Part shown: in pieces, positions 8,759 through 17,832 of the stretch
Position numbering within the stretch: position 1 is the first letter of the stretch
Layout of the letters: each line of letters opens with the position of its first letter
Source of the DNA: Vulcanimicrobiales bacterium
GTDB lineage: Bacteria > Vulcanimicrobiota > Vulcanimicrobiia > Vulcanimicrobiales > Vulcanimicrobiaceae
Direction of reading: 5' to 3'
NCBI GenBank assembly: GCA_038231455.1
Contig: JBBRLI010000034.1
Span: 1-24,025, forward strand
DNA: 24,025 bases
Position numbers and translations under genes: made by a program
The notes under the pieces: model-generated
What the model was told of the DNA's origin: nothing
Database searches by the model: none
The model's input: only the letters and a program-made list of their open reading frames with translations

Positions 8759-9448
8759 CTAGCGGAAGAGATAGAGGCCCGACGAGCCGATGAAGCCCGA
8801 CGAGGCTTGGGGCGCCGGGTAATCGGCGTAGGTTGTCGCATTTCCAAATGCGGTTGACGTGCTAACGCACGTCGATGATGCCGTGCTGGTCGCGGTGGCG
8901 TGCGCAAATCCAATCCCCGACACGCCAAAGAACGCGTCGTTAACCGCACCTCCGTTGGCCATCGTCAGACTTGAGAGCGTACCGTACGTGTTTGCTACGC
9001 AAATCTGGATATCGCCAGAGACGACGCCTGTAAGCGTTAGCGTCTGGGTAAAAACAGCGGACCCGCCGAACTGCGGCGTGTACGCGCCGGGAATCGCTAC
9101 CCCCGAAAGTTCATACATGCACGCTTCACTCGGCAGAGGCGTTCCCGTGAACGTGTACGTCGCTGTCGGCGATCCGCTCACCGTGTAGTCTTGAATTTGC
9201 GTGCCCTGCGCGCCGCCCGCCATAAGCGAGCGATACGTGAGAGATACTACGTTCGAGTCTCTAACGCCAACGCCGCCGCCAGGAACTCCGGTCTCCGTCA
9301 CGGTGACGATATTGCCGTTCGAAGGCGCAACCCCAAAGGACAGCGTTGTCGACGGAATGCCACAGATCTTTTGGACGATCGTAGGCGCTGCCATCGCCGG
9401 AGCGCCGCAAGCAATAAGGAAAACCGTAACAATAAGAGCGCGTATCAC
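8759..9448 (-). CDS. Exported beta-sandwich protein, candidate receptor-binding/fibre tip (229 aa)
   Basis: GTG at 9448 overlaps upstream TGA; signal peptide MIRALIVTVFLIACGAPAMA|A (also LIAC lipobox); 4 further Cys; T/G/S/V-rich. Confidence 0.72.
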   Translation of the reverse strand: MIRALIVTVFLIACGAPAMAAPTIVQKICGIPSTTLSFGVAPSNGNIVTVTETGVPGGGVGVRDSNVVSLTYRSLMAGGAQGTQIQDYTVSGSPTATYTFTGTPLPSEACMYELSGVAIPGAYTPQFGGSAVFTQTLTLTGVVSGDIQICVANTYGTLSSLTMANGGAVNDAFFGVSGIGFAHATATSTASSTCVSTSTAFGNATTYADYPAPQASSGFIGSSGLYLFR

Positions 9449-10275
9449 TGAGGCTGCTGCTGGCCTTCTGCCGTGAACCCGCATGATACGCCGGTTCCGG
9501 CCGTGGTTATGACCATGTGCAAGATGTGGCCGGCCGTCAGCGCGAAAGGCGTGCCGAGCGTGAACGTGCTTGTTGTCGCCGCCGATAGCGTGTAGGGCGA
9601 CCCGGTGATGTCCGTGCCGTTGTCGTACACATGAAATACGGTCGCCGCATTATCTGCCGTTGCGCATGCGACGCGGATCTTCGTGATTGTGCCAGCCTGG
9701 TATCCGGGAACTTGCTGGTACGGGTAGACCGTTGTCGACGCGTTGCCGCCAGCGTTGAAGCCGAGCCCGATATTCAACAGCGTGAAATTAATCGCCGAGC
9801 ACGCCGACGTAAGCTGATTTGATGCGCCGATGCAAACGGGTGCGGATGCGGTGAGCGCCGGAAAGCGCGTCGTGCCGTCGCTCGCGACAAAGACCGCCTT
9901 CGTGCCGCCAGTCGTCAACGTCACATCAAAAATATCCGCCGTCTGCGAGGTCGTCCCGGAGATCGTGAGCGGGACTTGAGCGGGGGCGTTCGGGAAGAAC
10001 GTGTAGCCAAGCGCCGAGCCGAAGATCGCCGAGGTGCCCGACGTCGGGACGATCTGCGATGCGAAGATGCCAGCCGCGCCGATCTGCGAATTGTCGACGG
10101 TCGTCGCGCAGTTCCGAAGCGCCGTGTTGTTTGCGTTCGTCGTCGATGCGGTCAGCAACGAGACGCCATCCAAGAACACGAACGGGAGCGGGACGCATGA
10201 CGCGCGCGCCGCAACCGGCGCGAAGGCGAACGCCGCGCACGCTACGGCGGCAAGGAGCAGTCGGCGAATCAGCAT
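9445..10275 (-). CDS. Tail fibre/tailspike-like protein with N-terminal signal peptide (276 aa)
   Basis: Directly after nozzle gene; MLIRRLLLAAVACAAFAFAPVAARA|S signal, then P.vF.DG...TAS..NAN..AL resembling phage fibre attachment segments; 6 Cys in mature part. Confidence 0.72.
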   Translation of the reverse strand: MLIRRLLLAAVACAAFAFAPVAARASCVPLPFVFLDGVSLLTASTTNANNTALRNCATTVDNSQIGAAGIFASQIVPTSGTSAIFGSALGYTFFPNAPAQVPLTISGTTSQTADIFDVTLTTGGTKAVFVASDGTTRFPALTASAPVCIGASNQLTSACSAINFTLLNIGLGFNAGGNASTTVYPYQQVPGYQAGTITKIRVACATADNAATVFHVYDNGTDITGSPYTLSAATTSTFTLGTPFALTAGHILHMVITTAGTGVSCGFTAEGQQQPQ

Positions 10276-10281
10276 GCGGCA

Positions 10282-10313
10282 AGCATACCTGCGCCGCCAA
10301 TGGCGCTCGGCCC
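10282..10313 (-). promoter_or_regulatory. Putative late promoter GGGCCG-N20-TATGCT, 6 nt before ATG 10275 (leaderless)
   Basis: Fills the 40-nt intergenic gap; same spacing as three other copies. Confidence 0.7.
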
Positions 10314-10315
10314 GA

Positions 10316-12037
10316 CTACGGGGAAGGCTCGTCGACGATCACTTCGATCGTGAACGCGAGCAGGTTGAACGGGTTGGTCGAGGACTCCAGCACGCCCGGC
10401 TGCACGACCGTTCCCTTCGCGTCCTGCTGCGGATAGGTCTTCGCAAACGACGTGACGATCTGCGAGCCGTTTCCGTACCGGGTGCCGTCGCCGTAGACCG
10501 CGCCGCCGCCGTACGGAACGCCCGCACCGGGTTGCCCGATCGTCACGGTCGGCGCAATCGACGTGGCAAGGTCGAGCACAACGTATCCCGTGATCGCGTC
10601 GGTGTAGATCGGCGACGTCACCGAAAGCGGTGCGGGGAAAGCGCCGACGACGTAGAGCGCCTGCACATCCTTCGGCCAGATCGGCTTGTCGAGGAAGAAC
10701 GCCTTCGCGCGGATCTCCAGCGCCGTTGGTAGCCCGAAGTCGCCATAGACGCCGGTGTCGTGCTGCGCGATCGTATCCGCTGTTGAGAGGCCCCAGTAGA
10801 ACGGTGCCGTCACGTCGCCCGGGCCACGACACTCAACACCCCACGCGAGCGGCATTCCGGTCGGCCAACGGCTCCACGCGCCACCTTGCGGCGAGCCGAA
10901 CGTGTATCCGCCGTTTGCTTGCGTGTCGAACACAACGATCGAGGCGTTCTGACCGCCGCCGGTGTTGTCGTACGCCGCCCAGTATTGACCGCTGCGGCGC
11001 ACGCCGGCGACGGTTCCCTTCCCGCGCAGTTCGCTTGGAAACGCCGACTGCGACGTGTTGCCGTAGACGCTCGGAATCTCATCGGGGATCGGCAGCACTG
11101 CTTGCCCGTCCGTCGCGTAGAAGCGGTCGCCGCCGAAGAAAATGACGTACCCCTCGAAGCCTTGGATCGATCGCGGTGACGTGCATCCGGTCGCCGTCGA
11201 GATGACCGACCACTGATATTGATACGTTCCGTACGTGCCCGTGTTGACGCCAACGATCACGGCCGAGGTGTAGAACACGATCAGGTACGGGCCGACCTGC
11301 GCGAGCCCCGTGACCGCGCCTTCCTTGCCGTCGCGACCAGCGGGGAAGTATGCGGTGTACGGCGTGCCGCCCGAGTCGAGAAGCCCGTAGCCGTTGAACC
11401 GCTCGGGCCGCAGCGCATCGCTGATATACACCGCCGTCGGTTCCGTGGGCTCGCCCGCGTAGACGAGATGCTCGCGCCACGTGGTCACGTAGTGCGGCGT
11501 GATCGGAGCGCCGCCGCGACCCTTCGGAAGCGTGAGCGAGCCGCCGATCGCGGCCGTCTGCACCGGCGTAAAGTTCACGCCATCGTACAACTGCGGGATG
11601 TGCACGCCGTCGCAAACGACCATCGCCGTCGCCGCCCCCGTGCTCATATCGGGATCGTAGACCTGCGCGAAGTTTGCGTACGACGACGCCGAAAGCCCCG
11701 CGCCAACCGACGTGAACGCGCCGGTCACATCGTTGCCTTTGTATATCTGCGTGCCGCTATGGACAAGCAGTTGCGGCGCCGAACCGACCGGGTAAAAGCG
11801 CGTGCCGGCAAGCGACGGCGTTCCCGTGCCGACCGCGCCCGAACCGCTGCCGTAAGCAATATTGCCCGGCCGCTTCGACACCAGGCCGTCGCGGTTGAAG
11901 ACGACGTTATCCGCAACGTAGAGCTGCCGATCGCTGAGAAGATGCGGGAACGTGCGCGTCGACCAACCCTGATCGAGCCGATCGATGACGACGTAAAACG
12001 ACTTATCCGTTCCCTCGACCGGGAAAATGCCGCTCAA
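10316..12037 (-). CDS. Tail nozzle / DNA stabilisation protein (P22 gp10/T7 gp12-like, 573 aa)
   Basis: N-terminal ADNVVF...G.VSKRPG motif, beta-propeller-like sequence with GC.SPRSI; follows adaptor; TTG start. Confidence 0.8.
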   Translation of the reverse strand: MSGIFPVEGTDKSFYVVIDRLDQGWSTRTFPHLLSDRQLYVADNVVFNRDGLVSKRPGNIAYGSGSGAVGTGTPSLAGTRFYPVGSAPQLLVHSGTQIYKGNDVTGAFTSVGAGLSASSYANFAQVYDPDMSTGAATAMVVCDGVHIPQLYDGVNFTPVQTAAIGGSLTLPKGRGGAPITPHYVTTWREHLVYAGEPTEPTAVYISDALRPERFNGYGLLDSGGTPYTAYFPAGRDGKEGAVTGLAQVGPYLIVFYTSAVIVGVNTGTYGTYQYQWSVISTATGCTSPRSIQGFEGYVIFFGGDRFYATDGQAVLPIPDEIPSVYGNTSQSAFPSELRGKGTVAGVRRSGQYWAAYDNTGGGQNASIVVFDTQANGGYTFGSPQGGAWSRWPTGMPLAWGVECRGPGDVTAPFYWGLSTADTIAQHDTGVYGDFGLPTALEIRAKAFFLDKPIWPKDVQALYVVGAFPAPLSVTSPIYTDAITGYVVLDLATSIAPTVTIGQPGAGVPYGGGAVYGDGTRYGNGSQIVTSFAKTYPQQDAKGTVVQPGVLESSTNPFNLLAFTIEVIVDEPSP

Positions 12038-12040
12038 GAG

Positions 12041-12841
12041 TTAGAACCCTTCGCGCGCGAGCGGCGTGCCCCACGTGTCGACGAGGCGCATCGGATCGCC
12101 GCCGTCTTCGGTTGAGCCCTCGTCCATCGCTGCGAGCACGTACGCTTCCCACTTCTGCGCTGCGGCTTGCACTTGCGCGTTTTTGTTCGCCGCATCGCCC
12201 GCGTTCATCACGCAATACTCGACGAGCGCCATGTGGAATTGCTGTGGAAAGAGTGGAACGTCAGTCGGGTTCACGAGCTGCCCGCCGTTTGCGGCGCTCA
12301 CGCCGATCGCCGAGGCGTTCGGATCGGGGACGCCGGTGATGGTGATGATGTCGCCAGCCGTCGCCGTGCCAGGTGCAACTTCGAGCTGCGTCTTCCGGTG
12401 GATGCGCGCGGCGTAGAGCACGCGCGGACCGAACCACGAAAGCCGCCGCGTGTAGCCGCCCGTGACTTGCGCGAATCGATCGCCCGAGATCAGGTCGACG
12501 ATGTACTCGTAGCCCGCGTTCGTGCCGCCCGTCTGCGTCGTGTACGTGAGTTCGAGAATGCGCATGAGCGCCGGATTCGCAGCGTCAAGCGGCGTGTTTG
12601 GAAGCGGCGAGATCGGATACGCGATCGCGTTCAACGTCGTAAGAAACTGCGTCTTGACGATCGCGATCTTCGACTCGAGCGTTCGCGACAGAAACTCGCT
12701 GTAGCCCTGGTTGAGCAGCTGCTGCACAAGCGACGGCGGGTCCTGATCGGTCGGACCGTTACCCGGCGCATTGCCAAAAGAGACCCCGCGTTGACGGAGC
12801 CTCCAAAGAGCCAGGTTCTGCAAGAATTGGAAGTTCGCCAC
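12041..12841 (-). CDS. Head-tail adaptor protein (266 aa)
   Basis: LLNQGYSEF and DVPLFPQQFHMALVEY adaptor-type motifs; GGGAG SD before GTG; precedes nozzle. Confidence 0.78.
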   Translation of the reverse strand: MANFQFLQNLALWRLRQRGVSFGNAPGNGPTDQDPPSLVQQLLNQGYSEFLSRTLESKIAIVKTQFLTTLNAIAYPISPLPNTPLDAANPALMRILELTYTTQTGGTNAGYEYIVDLISGDRFAQVTGGYTRRLSWFGPRVLYAARIHRKTQLEVAPGTATAGDIITITGVPDPNASAIGVSAANGGQLVNPTDVPLFPQQFHMALVEYCVMNAGDAANKNAQVQAAAQKWEAYVLAAMDEGSTEDGGDPMRLVDTWGTPLAREGF

Positions 12842-12855
12842 TTAGGGCGCTCCCG

Positions 12856-13719
12856 TCAGCGCCGCGCCTTGCGCGGTAGCGTCAGCGTCGAGTGATCTTC
12901 CGCGACCGGCTCGTCGTCGACTGCGATCGTGCGCATGTCGGCTTCGCCGTCAAGCGATGCCTCGGCACGCGATTCGATCGTCGAAACGACTTCGCCATCC
13001 GCACCGTAAAGCGGCATATCTTCCATCGTGTACTCGGCAATGCGCTGCTGGAGCAATTCGGTCTCGGCTGCGAGCACTTCGGGGTCGTGACCTTTGCGGC
13101 GCACGCGACGTGCGCGCGTGGCTTTGTCGTACCGTTCGTACACGGCAACCGGTTCGCTAACGATCTTGCCGCGACCGTCGATACACTCGACAACAAAATC
13201 GGGCAGGCCGATCGGGCCACCGATCACGCGCACGGGTGCGTTCTTGCCGGGAGCCGAGGCTTCGGTCTCGAGTTCAAATCCACCGCAGCGTTCGATCACC
13301 TCGATTGCTTCGGGTGCGCGCGGATCAAATACGTTGCCGACAAAATGCAGGCCCGCCTCGATTGGCACAAACATCGATTCGCCCGGCTGGAGCCAGGTGT
13401 TCTTGTCGTCCGTTGCGCCTTCGGGGAATCGCTCGCCGTCGAACGTGCCGTTCCAGACCTTGACGTTCCCAAGCCGCGCGCGGTTCGTGACACGCCACTG
13501 CTTCGGTGCGCCCTTGAACATACGCTCGACCGGCTGCGTGCGCAGCGCGGTGGAACGCGCGATCATGTTCTCGCCCATTGGAGCGACGGATACGGGATCG
13601 ACGAGAGCGGCCGTGGGACCGTCCGCCGTCTGAACCGTCGAGAAAACGCGGCCGGATTGGGAACCGCCGAACGACGCGCCCGGCGTACGCATCGCTCCCG
13701 GTCGTGCACCGAACGCCAT
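12856..13719 (-). CDS. Phage hypothetical protein (287 aa)
   Basis: TAATG coupling to upstream gene; globular core with acidic C-terminus. Confidence 0.75.
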   Translation of the reverse strand: MAFGARPGAMRTPGASFGGSQSGRVFSTVQTADGPTAALVDPVSVAPMGENMIARSTALRTQPVERMFKGAPKQWRVTNRARLGNVKVWNGTFDGERFPEGATDDKNTWLQPGESMFVPIEAGLHFVGNVFDPRAPEAIEVIERCGGFELETEASAPGKNAPVRVIGGPIGLPDFVVECIDGRGKIVSEPVAVYERYDKATRARRVRRKGHDPEVLAAETELLQQRIAEYTMEDMPLYGADGEVVSTIESRAEASLDGEADMRTIAVDDEPVAEDHSTLTLPRKARR

Positions 13720-14279
13720 TACGTGATCTGCACGAAGCAGTTGCAGAGCGTTGAGGTGGCCGAAGCTGCCGCGATGATCTGCGTTGCTTGCGCGATGAAC
13801 GTCCTGGTCGCGAGCAAAACGCCGATGTTGAGACCGGATGCGCGAGCACCCGGCACGGCGTCCGTCACAACGGTCGACGCGATGAGGTTGCCGCCAACGA
13901 GGCCAGCCGCACCAGCCGCAGGTGACTGCGCCGAGACGACGCCGCGGCCGAACATGAGCACGCGGATCGTATCGCCGGGGACCGGCAAGAGACCCGGGTT
14001 CTGATCGAACGGTTGGAAGATGCCGACGCAGACCAAGCTCGCGCCAGCCTTGGCGTTCGTGCCGAGCACGACTTTGCCGCCCGAGCGCACCACAGCCGGG
14101 GAGAGCGCCGTGCCCGAATAGTACGAGTTGAATTCGGCCGCGTCGGTGACGTCAACGTACACCGGTTTGCCAACCGTGAGATTTCCGGCGACGTCGTTGT
14201 AGACGAATTCGTAGAATTGCGAATCGCCGAAAGCCGTTTGCGCCGAGACGCCGTCAATACCGCGAGGTGAATAACCCAT
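13719..14279 (-). CDS. Capsid decoration/cement-like protein (186 aa)
   Basis: Likely start MGYSPRG at 14279 just after the upstream stop; G..V.V...VGI...GD...V...G beta-tulip-like pattern; downstream of MCP. Confidence 0.68.
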   Translation of the reverse strand: MGYSPRGIDGVSAQTAFGDSQFYEFVYNDVAGNLTVGKPVYVDVTDAAEFNSYYSGTALSPAVVRSGGKVVLGTNAKAGASLVCVGIFQPFDQNPGLLPVPGDTIRVLMFGRGVVSAQSPAAGAAGLVGGNLIASTVVTDAVPGARASGLNIGVLLATRTFIAQATQIIAAASATSTLCNCFVQIT

Positions 14280-14281
14280 GT

Positions 14282-14521
14282 CTAACGCTGTCCCTTCCGC
14301 ATGAACTTCTCTTGGATATTCGGCGCTTTGCCGTACAGATCGCCACTTACGCCAGCGCTCTTTTCGAGCGGGTCGCCCGGCGCACCGTAGCGCTGGATGA
14401 ATGTTCCCTCGCGTCCGCCCGAAAGCGAATCCGCACAGTGAACGAGGCCGCTCTCCATCTTGTTGAGGACGCGAACGCCTTCGATCGGGTCTGCGAGTTT
14501 GTGTCCGCCTTTGCGAGCCAT
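14282..14521 (-). CDS. Small basic hypothetical protein (79 aa)
   Basis: AGGAG SD before ATG; fills the gap. Confidence 0.72.
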   Translation of the reverse strand: MARKGGHKLADPIEGVRVLNKMESGLVHCADSLSGGREGTFIQRYGAPGDPLEKSAGVSGDLYGKAPNIQEKFMRKGQR

Positions 14522-14530
14522 GCTGTTCTC

Positions 14531-14761
14531 CTAGGTGAGGATTGCGAGGTTGTTTGAGCTGATGCGATCGAGATCGTCGCACAGAGCGAGGATCGGGTTG
14601 GGGAGCGCGTAAGCCGACGGGTTTACCGCAATCGTATACGTTGCCGTACCGGTTGCGGGGAGGCCCTCGTTGTCGCCGCCGACGATCTGCCACGGAACCG
14701 TGACAACGATGTTTCCGGTAGCGACGATGTCGGCAAGCCGATCAGATGCGGGCACAGGCAT
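14531..14761 (-). CDS. Small hypothetical protein after MCP (76 aa, MPVPASD...)
   Basis: ATG overlaps MCP stop (TAATG). Confidence 0.7.
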   Translation of the reverse strand: MPVPASDRLADIVATGNIVVTVPWQIVGGDNEGLPATGTATYTIAVNPSAYALPNPILALCDDLDRISSNNLAILT

Positions 14762-15819
14762 TACCCACCCGAGACCCACGTGCCAAATTGTTTGTTCGGC
14801 CGGTTGCAGACCAGCGCGCCGGCAAAGAAGATGTCCATGAAGTACTGATCGCCGTACGGATCGCGCATCCACTCGCCGAGTGTGAAGAAGCGTTCCGGGT
14901 GAACGACAAAGTCGAACCAGTCGAGATTCAGGCCGTACCAGAATCCGCCCGATCCCGAGCCCGTGCCCGGCTTGAAGACGCCCGTCGGGATCTTCTCGTC
15001 GATCAGAACCGGTGCGTCGTTGAACGCAAGATCGTTGCCGCCGGTCGTCTTGAGGCCGATTGCCTCGATGCGACGCGGGTCGATGACGTAGCGCTCGGGC
15101 GACTGCAGCGAGCCCCAGTACGAACCGTAGATCGCTTCGGTCGTGAGGTTGAGACGCACGCGCGAACTCTGTCCGCGGTTCGCGGCAAGATACAGCGTTT
15201 GGATCGAGTTGATGAACGACGCGCCGAGCGTGTTGTTGTAGTTCACCTTCGCCTTGAGCGACGGGTACGTCGTGCGCGAGAGCGATCCGACCGTGTTCGA
15301 GATCGTGCCGTCGTCGACGAGAACCGCGAGGCCCTCGATCGAGGCCGGGTTCCCGACCGTTCCGTCCGAGCGCGTGCCGTACGGATTGTTCGTGTAGAAG
15401 TCACCGGCGATGAGGTCGGGGAGCGTGAGCGATGCAACGTCGACTCGCTCTTGAACGAGGTCGACGATCGCTTCGTCTGCGCCGCTGTTGCGGAGAATTT
15501 CTTCGCCGAGGATCAGCACCGCGTCATGCGCGAGCTTCCAGTCCCAGCCGCCTGCGATGAGCCCTTCGAACTTCGCGAGCTTCCAGCCCCCAGCACCGGT
15601 GTACCACCCAGCGTTTGGCGATTTGCCGATATTGAACTGGCGCTGGATGAAGAGACCGCCGCGCTGCTCTTTGAGATGCCCGGTCGTTTTCATCACCGCA
15701 AAAAGCGGCGAGGTGTCGAAGACTTGATCGTAGACCTTATCTGCCTCGACCGCCGCAAACGTAACGGCGTTCAGAGCGTCGGCGTACGAGTTGACGGTTG
15801 CTGATGCGTAAGCGGCCAT
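14761..15819 (-). CDS. Major capsid protein (HK97 fold, 352 aa)
   Basis: GGAGG SD; DQVF..SPLF...GG..I, IEGL..LV, FN..PV..D, LVCNRP motifs; size and position after scaffold. Confidence 0.88.
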   Translation of the reverse strand: MAAYASATVNSYADALNAVTFAAVEADKVYDQVFDTSPLFAVMKTTGHLKEQRGGLFIQRQFNIGKSPNAGWYTGAGGWKLAKFEGLIAGGWDWKLAHDAVLILGEEILRNSGADEAIVDLVQERVDVASLTLPDLIAGDFYTNNPYGTRSDGTVGNPASIEGLAVLVDDGTISNTVGSLSRTTYPSLKAKVNYNNTLGASFINSIQTLYLAANRGQSSRVRLNLTTEAIYGSYWGSLQSPERYVIDPRRIEAIGLKTTGGNDLAFNDAPVLIDEKIPTGVFKPGTGSGSGGFWYGLNLDWFDFVVHPERFFTLGEWMRDPYGDQYFMDIFFAGALVCNRPNKQFGTWVSGG

Positions 15820-15824
15820 CTAGG

Positions 15825-16859
15825 TTATTTCCTCCGGCTGGATGCGGTCGCAAGGCCCTTGAGGCCGCCGCTTTTTTTGAGTAAGGTGAGCGCGCGGGTT
15901 TTGCCCTCGGCTGCATCGCGCGGCGCTTGCGCGGGAGCGGGCATCGACGAAGGCGACGTGGCGGGCGCAACGGGCGGCGCCGAACGGCCGAGAACCTCGG
16001 CGTACATTTCATGCATCTCGCGATACGACGGCGGCTTGATTCCCGCGCGTAGCGCTTCGGCTACCCATCGCTCGCGGCCGGAATTGTCTTTATTGCGGGT
16101 TGCGATTCCGGCGCGCAGTGCGGCGCTCTCGAATCGTTCCTCGGCAGTATTGATAACGTGTTCGGCCTGCTTTGCCGCTTCGGGCTTTGCAAGATCGGGA
16201 AAGGCGTTGCGCAGCGCGATGAACTCGGACTGCCGGTCGCTGATGTACTTCTGCGTCACCTTGCCATCGGACTCGGTTGCGAAGCGATCTTCAAGTGCCG
16301 CGATGCGCTCGTCGCGCGGATCGGGCGCGTCGGCGGCAGCGCGACGCGTTGTCGCGGGCGTCGAGTACTTGGTGTACGTGTCCGACGCTTCGCCGACGAG
16401 GAAATCGAATTGCTCATCGTCGGTGAGCTTGTTGAATTCTTTGATGAACTTCGGCTTGGAAAGCAAGCCGCGAAACTTATCGTCTTTGGCCGCAAGCGCG
16501 AGCGCCTCGCGCAGCTGCGGGTTAGTGTTGGCTTCAATGACCAGCGGCAGAATGTCGCTGTACTTCTCCGCGAGCTGCTCGTTGTAGCCAGCGTTAAATC
16601 GCTCGACGATGCCGGTCCGAAAGTTCTCCGGCAGCTTACTCCACTCGCCATCGAAGTCGAACGCGTCCGCCGGCGGGGCAGCCGGATCGGGTGCGAGCGT
16701 TTTCTTCGTGCCGGGTTTTACTCCAGCGAGTTCTGCAAGTTCCGCCGATCGTGCATCGGTTGTCTCTTGAACGACCTTTGAAAACGACGGAATCTCGCGC
16801 GGCTCTGCTGGAGCGGCGGCGGGTGGATTCGCTGAGGAGACGACTTTCGGATCGGCCAT
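15825..16859 (-). CDS. Capsid scaffolding protein (344 aa)
   Basis: Charged, helical, Ala/Pro-rich linkers, basic C-terminal helix; immediately upstream of MCP. Confidence 0.75.
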   Translation of the reverse strand: MADPKVVSSANPPAAAPAEPREIPSFSKVVQETTDARSAELAELAGVKPGTKKTLAPDPAAPPADAFDFDGEWSKLPENFRTGIVERFNAGYNEQLAEKYSDILPLVIEANTNPQLREALALAAKDDKFRGLLSKPKFIKEFNKLTDDEQFDFLVGEASDTYTKYSTPATTRRAAADAPDPRDERIAALEDRFATESDGKVTQKYISDRQSEFIALRNAFPDLAKPEAAKQAEHVINTAEERFESAALRAGIATRNKDNSGRERWVAEALRAGIKPPSYREMHEMYAEVLGRSAPPVAPATSPSSMPAPAQAPRDAAEGKTRALTLLKKSGGLKGLATASSRRK

Positions 16860-16879
16860 CGTTTAGCTACGAGCAGCCG

Positions 16880-16978
16880 TTAGCGACGGTGCATCTTGCG
16901 ATGCGATTTGCGCTTGCCGCCGCGATGCTTGCCCTTGCGGCCGTGATGCATGCCCTCGAGCAGTTTGAGTTTCGCCAT
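16880..16978 (-). CDS. 32-aa highly basic His/Lys/Arg peptide (not in ORF track)
   Basis: MAKLKLLEGMHHGRKGKHRGGKRKSHRKMHRR*; AAGGAG 9 nt upstream; fills an otherwise empty gap. Confidence 0.75.
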   Translation of the reverse strand: MAKLKLLEGMHHGRKGKHRGGKRKSHRKMHRR

Positions 16979-17005
16979 GATTTCGGACTCCTTGCCGCAG
17001 TGCGG

Positions 17006-17410
17006 CTACGCTCCCGGAGGTGGGGTCGGCGGCGCTCCCGGGGAGGGCGACGCTGATGCAGCCGGTGGCATTCCTGGTGCTCCCATCGGCGCCGGTGGCG
17101 GCGGCGGTGGAGGCATCACGATGTTCGGGACCGGCGCTCCGCCCGAACCCGTCGCTTGCGCTGACTCGGTGATTGCCTTGTCAGCGAACTCGACGATGCG
17201 TTGCAGCTCGACACGCCGCATCTGGTCTTGCTCGTCGTGCAGCACCTTCGATGCGATCGAATAGAGCTGTCCGTAGAGCATGGTTTGACCGTCTGCGGGG
17301 ATGTGTTCGGGCTGCGATGGGGAGGGCGTCTGGTTGGGCGAAGCCGCCCCGAGCACTGCCGAAGCGATGCTTGAGGAAACGGGCTTGCCGAAAACCGTTG
17401 TGCCTGCCAT
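17006..17410 (-). CDS. Hypothetical protein with Pro-rich C-terminus (134 aa)
   Basis: ATG 7 nt after TACGTT; helical core then PPPPPPP low-complexity tail; between portal and scaffold. Confidence 0.72.
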   Translation of the reverse strand: MAGTTVFGKPVSSSIASAVLGAASPNQTPSPSQPEHIPADGQTMLYGQLYSIASKVLHDEQDQMRRVELQRIVEFADKAITESAQATGSGGAPVPNIVMPPPPPPPAPMGAPGMPPAASASPSPGAPPTPPPGA

Positions 17411-17417
17411 CGAGGGC

Positions 17418-17449
17418 AACGTAGCACCGCGCGCGAGCGGCTACGGCCC
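17418..17449 (-). promoter_or_regulatory. Putative late promoter GGGCCG-N20-TACGTT (TGn-extended), 7 nt before ATG 17410
   Basis: Intergenic, upstream of the scaffold-capsid operon; same spacing as other copies. Confidence 0.7.
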
Positions 17450-17466
17450 AGGGCAACGAAGAATTT

Positions 17467-17832
17467 TTAGAAGCGCGCCTTCGTGCACGGCTCGCAAAGA
17501 TAGACGGTCCGACCCCGAGCATCGCTGCCCTCGCTGAACGCCATCTTCGCCCAGCGTCCGGACTGCGGCCCAATCGAGAGCCGCGTGCGGCAGTCGGCGC
17601 ACCGCGCGCTCTGTGGATCTGTATCGATCATGAATGGAAGTTGCTTTGGCGTCGCGTCGGCGATCGACGAGAGTAGCTTGTCGCGTTGCACGTCAAGCTC
17701 GTGCAGGCGCTTGCGCGCGGTCGTGATGGCGCGACGAGCGGCAGCGCGTTCGTGCTGGATATGACCGAGGTCTCGCAGCAAGTTTTGCGGCGAGACCTCG
17801 ATCAATTTGGGCTGCGCTTCGTACGCGATCAC
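17467..17832 (-). CDS. Coiled-coil plus C4 zinc-finger protein (121 aa)
   Basis: GTGA overlap with portal stop; CADC...CEPC. Confidence 0.72.
   Translation of the reverse strand: MIAYEAQPKLIEVSPQNLLRDLGHIQHERAAARRAITTARKRLHELDVQRDKLLSSIADATPKQLPFMIDTDPQSARCADCRTRLSIGPQSGRWAKMAFSEGSDARGRTVYLCEPCTKARF

Noticed and set aside
14280-14693. N-terminal extension of the 324-aa ORF 13719-14693
   Set aside because: Arg/Pro-rich off-frame sequence overlapping two better-supported small genes; likely start is 14279
14755-14775. Programmed -1 frameshift extending the capsid protein into 14531-14761
   Set aside because: Frame relation allows it, but there is no X XXY YYZ slippery heptamer; TAATG coupling explains it
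17085-17115. GGC/GGT triplet run
   Set aside because: Simply encodes the polyproline tract
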